NCBI GenBank assembly: GCA_003707115.1
Contig: PPNB01000024.1
Coordinates: 112,945-132,944 of the forward strand
Source of the DNA: Tortispora ganteri
Taxonomy: Eukaryota
Reading direction: 5' to 3'
DNA length: 20,000 nt
Under the pieces are notes generated by a model. It saw only the letters and a program-made list of their open reading frames with translations. It had not been told where the DNA came from and ran no database searches. Below, one piece after another: positions 17,791 through 20,000 of this stretch. The position numbers were made by a program, and so were the translations under genes. Each line of letters starts with the position of its first letter. Position 1 is the stretch's first letter.

Positions 17791-20000
17791 CATGGATTCG
17801 ATGAATCATTATCCCTGCTCGGTGATGTACTCTGCATGTATGGTGCGCGAGGTCTTGCTAGCGACACTGAAGCATTGTTCGATGGCGCCACTGCTGTAAA
17901 CACCGACCCGTAGTTCACAGTCGAGTTCGCAGGCGGTGATGGGAACACAGCTCTGACCGCCGGGCCCAGAGCTGCCGCCAGCGGTGTCGTAGGTGCAATT
18001 GGTGACTGCAACGGACCGGCACTGGGTAGACTCGTTCCCGAGCTCGAGAGAGCGCTATCTGTAACAACGGCGCTAGACTCGGACGCGCCCTTAAATGTAG
18101 ATACTTCTAAAAGCACCGGCACTTCCTTTGCGGCGCGGGTCAACAGCGTGATGCTTGATCTAATCTCATTGATTCGCGGCAAATCGCCCATGGCAGCTTT
18201 GGTAGATGCCAGTATAGAAATTACTGCTTTGATGAACATACTGGTCTCATCGTAAAACCTTTTACGCTCGGTGACGTCGATTACTCGACTTTCCATCAAT
18301 TTGGCCAACCGCATGCGGAGACGCTTGCTGGCATCGGAAGTGTTAATGCATGCCTGCATCAAATCACGGATCTTCAGGGTGGTTGCAGGTGTCATTGAGG
18401 TTTCACTGTTGTTTTGCGCGCTGCTAAGCGCAGCATAACTGACTATCTCATTAAGTTTGGCCACAACGGTATTAGAATGTTTTGTAGCCTCGTCTATCTT
18501 ATCCAAGAGTGCTTGGTCGTTTGGCGTACGTTCCGTATCTACCGAAGATACAGTAGAACTTGTGTACCCGGATATCGAGCTGCTGCTGTAATAACTCTCA
18601 GGATCTGCATTCTGGAACTGTTTCCCGAGCAATGGCAACAGATTTGTCCAGGAGTTGTGAACTTCAGCAAGAGATCCGTAGAGTATCAGAAACAGTGACC
18701 TAGTATATCGTATATCTGCAGACCCTGCAATTTTGGAAATGTTGGTTTGCAAAAGAAGGATAGTCTTTCTAAACGCGTTGACACAAGATGCACAAGAAGT
18801 TATTATACTATCAACAAAGGAGTCGCTGGCACTAGCTTCAAAGTGTTCTAAACCAGTAATGAGACTTTCTATGCGGATTTTGACATTCTGGAGCGAGGAT
18901 ATTAAAGAGCTGGTGATTTTTCGGTCGTGGCACATGGCAACATATTGTTTTATCGCTGGATGAGACTGAGAGATGGCGAATAAGATGCTTCTAGCTGTCT
19001 CTAACACAACGTTAGAAACCTGTACAGAAGAAAGAGAGTGTGTACCAAAAGTGTCACCCTCTGTAAGTGCCGAAAGACGCCTAAAGTAGGCACCTGGGGC
19101 CTTTTCGCGCTTCTCTCTTGCCCTAGGAAGTGGTTCGGTGACGTTACGATCGGCGGGTGTCTTCTGAAGATCTGCGTTCTTTGGAGGTGAGTCGCCAAGT
19201 ATGCTGGATGAGGACAAAGAGGTCGAAAGAACATCGTGCGAGAGGCCTCTATGGTGGGATGGTCTAGAAGAAGGCTGGAGGTTAGCGAAATCGTAAGCGT
19301 CGCCGATGATGAGACCCATGCGTTTTATTCTGCGATTAGAAGAGCTGTCTGTTTCACTGTTGCTGCGTGTGCGGTCTGAAGGTCTGCGCACGGGCTGTGA
19401 GGGTTGCGTGTGCTGTGTTGGCAGATCTTGGCTTTGGCGGCTGGTAGAAGAACCAGAAACATTTAAGTCTGTGGAGGCGGTGGACGGTTTTCCGAGAAAA
19501 TTAGGCGGTGGTTGATTTGCACGTATCGGGCTTTTTGACCTGGTGGCTACTCGGTTCGCATCAAGGGCTTCTATTTTGGCTGGTAGCCTATGAATACCAG
19601 GATCTTGCTGATAGGGGTGTGCTCGAATGTAATTTCTGAGGTTGTCCAACCATTCTGGCATTGATACCTCGCGATCGTCGAAGGTGACGACATCTTTTGG
19701 TGGATACCTGAGCGGGTTTGCATCAATTTCAAGGAACTCTAGTTCTGTCATATTTGCTATATCTGGGGACAGAGCGCGTATATCATTTGAGGCTATAGAG
19801 AAGACTTTAAGCGATTTCAAGTTTCCGAGATTCGACGGTAATGTTTTGATGCGATTAAAACTGATATCAAGAATTTGAAGCTTTAACTCACAAAGAACTG
19901 GCGGAAAATTTGAGAATTTGTTACCTCTTAAGTCGAGACGTGAGAGCGGCAATGTAGACAGAAATTGGGGCAAGCGTTCAAGCAGGTTTCCTTGTAATTC
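17790..20000 (-). CDS. SOG2: RAM/MOR signalling network LRR protein Sog2, 5'-truncated by the window edge
   Basis: Frame is open to base 20000 (ELQGNLLERLPQFL...). N-terminal LRRs (LDLRGNKF, LQILDISFNRI, LEFLEIDANPLRYPP), an S/R-rich linker, then Sog2-type blocks YFRRLSAL, RSILFAISQ, DIRYTRSLFLILYGSLAEVHNSW and a C-terminal PTTPLAAALGPA. Confidence 0.88.
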   Translation of the reverse strand, partial: ELQGNLLERLPQFLSTLPLSRLDLRGNKFSNFPPVLCELKLQILDISFNRIKTLPSNLGNLKSLKVFSIASNDIRALSPDIANMTELEFLEIDANPLRYPPKDVVTFDDREVSMPEWLDNLRNYIRAHPYQQDPGIHRLPAKIEALDANRVATRSKSPIRANQPPPNFLGKPSTASTDLNVSGSSTSRQSQDLPTQHTQPSQPVRRPSDRTRSNSETDSSSNRRIKRMGLIIGDAYDFANLQPSSRPSHHRGLSHDVLSTSLSSSSILGDSPPKNADLQKTPADRNVTEPLPRAREKREKAPGAYFRRLSALTEGDTFGTHSLSSVQVSNVVLETARSILFAISQSHPAIKQYVAMCHDRKITSSLISSLQNVKIRIESLITGLEHFEASASDSFVDSIITSCASCVNAFRKTILLLQTNISKIAGSADIRYTRSLFLILYGSLAEVHNSWTNLLPLLGKQFQNADPESYYSSSSISGYTSSTVSSVDTERTPNDQALLDKIDEATKHSNTVVAKLNEIVSYAALSSAQNNSETSMTPATTLKIRDLMQACINTSDASKRLRMRLAKLMESRVIDVTERKRFYDETSMFIKAVISILASTKAAMGDLPRINEIRSSITLLTRAAKEVPVLLEVSTFKGASESSAVVTDSALSSSGTSLPSAGPLQSPIAPTTPLAAALGPAVRAVFPSPPANSTVNYGSVFTAVAPSNNASVSLARPRAPYMQSTSPSRDNDSSNP

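Noticed and set aside
17693..17899. 68-aa plus-strand ORF overlapping the SOG2 3' end
   Set aside because: GTG start; its hydrophobic run is just the translated microsatellite.
1..20000. Functional gene cluster (mRNA surveillance: MLP1, UPF1, MED9, RPL5), mobile element, or prokaryotic-type defence/CRISPR system
   Set aside because: The genes are unrelated housekeeping neighbours with no shared regulatory signal that I could see; no transposase, LTR, terminal inverted repeats or spaced repeat array was found.

Overview
Gene-dense eukaryotic window from an ascomycete yeast-like genome, with eight protein-coding genes and no intron needed in any coding region. In order: 3' part of the nuclear-basket protein Mlp1/TPR (+); a trifunctional TrpG-TrpC-TrpF tryptophan enzyme (-); an Mhp1/Gip3/Her1-family LRR protein (+); a CAP10/GT90 glycosyltransferase (+); RPL5/uL18 (+); a 102-aa ORF that looks like Mediator subunit Med9 (+); a divergent UPF1/NAM7 (-); and most of the RAM-network protein Sog2 (-, 5' end outside the window). 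CTG falls at conserved Leu positions of RPL5, so the standard code applies. Budding-yeast-like proteins occur together with ancestral traits (fused TrpGCF, a Homol-D box in the RPL5 promoter, a GT90 gene), which suggests an early-diverging Saccharomycotina yeast (inference). I found no mobile element, RNA gene or clearly novel multi-gene system. The most notable points are the Homol-D promoter, the very tight RPL5-MED9 junction with a 3'-splice-site-like signal, the divergent and N-terminally short Upf1, stacked backup stop codons on all three minus-strand genes, and the GT90 gene. All family assignments come from motifs recognised by eye; no searches were run.
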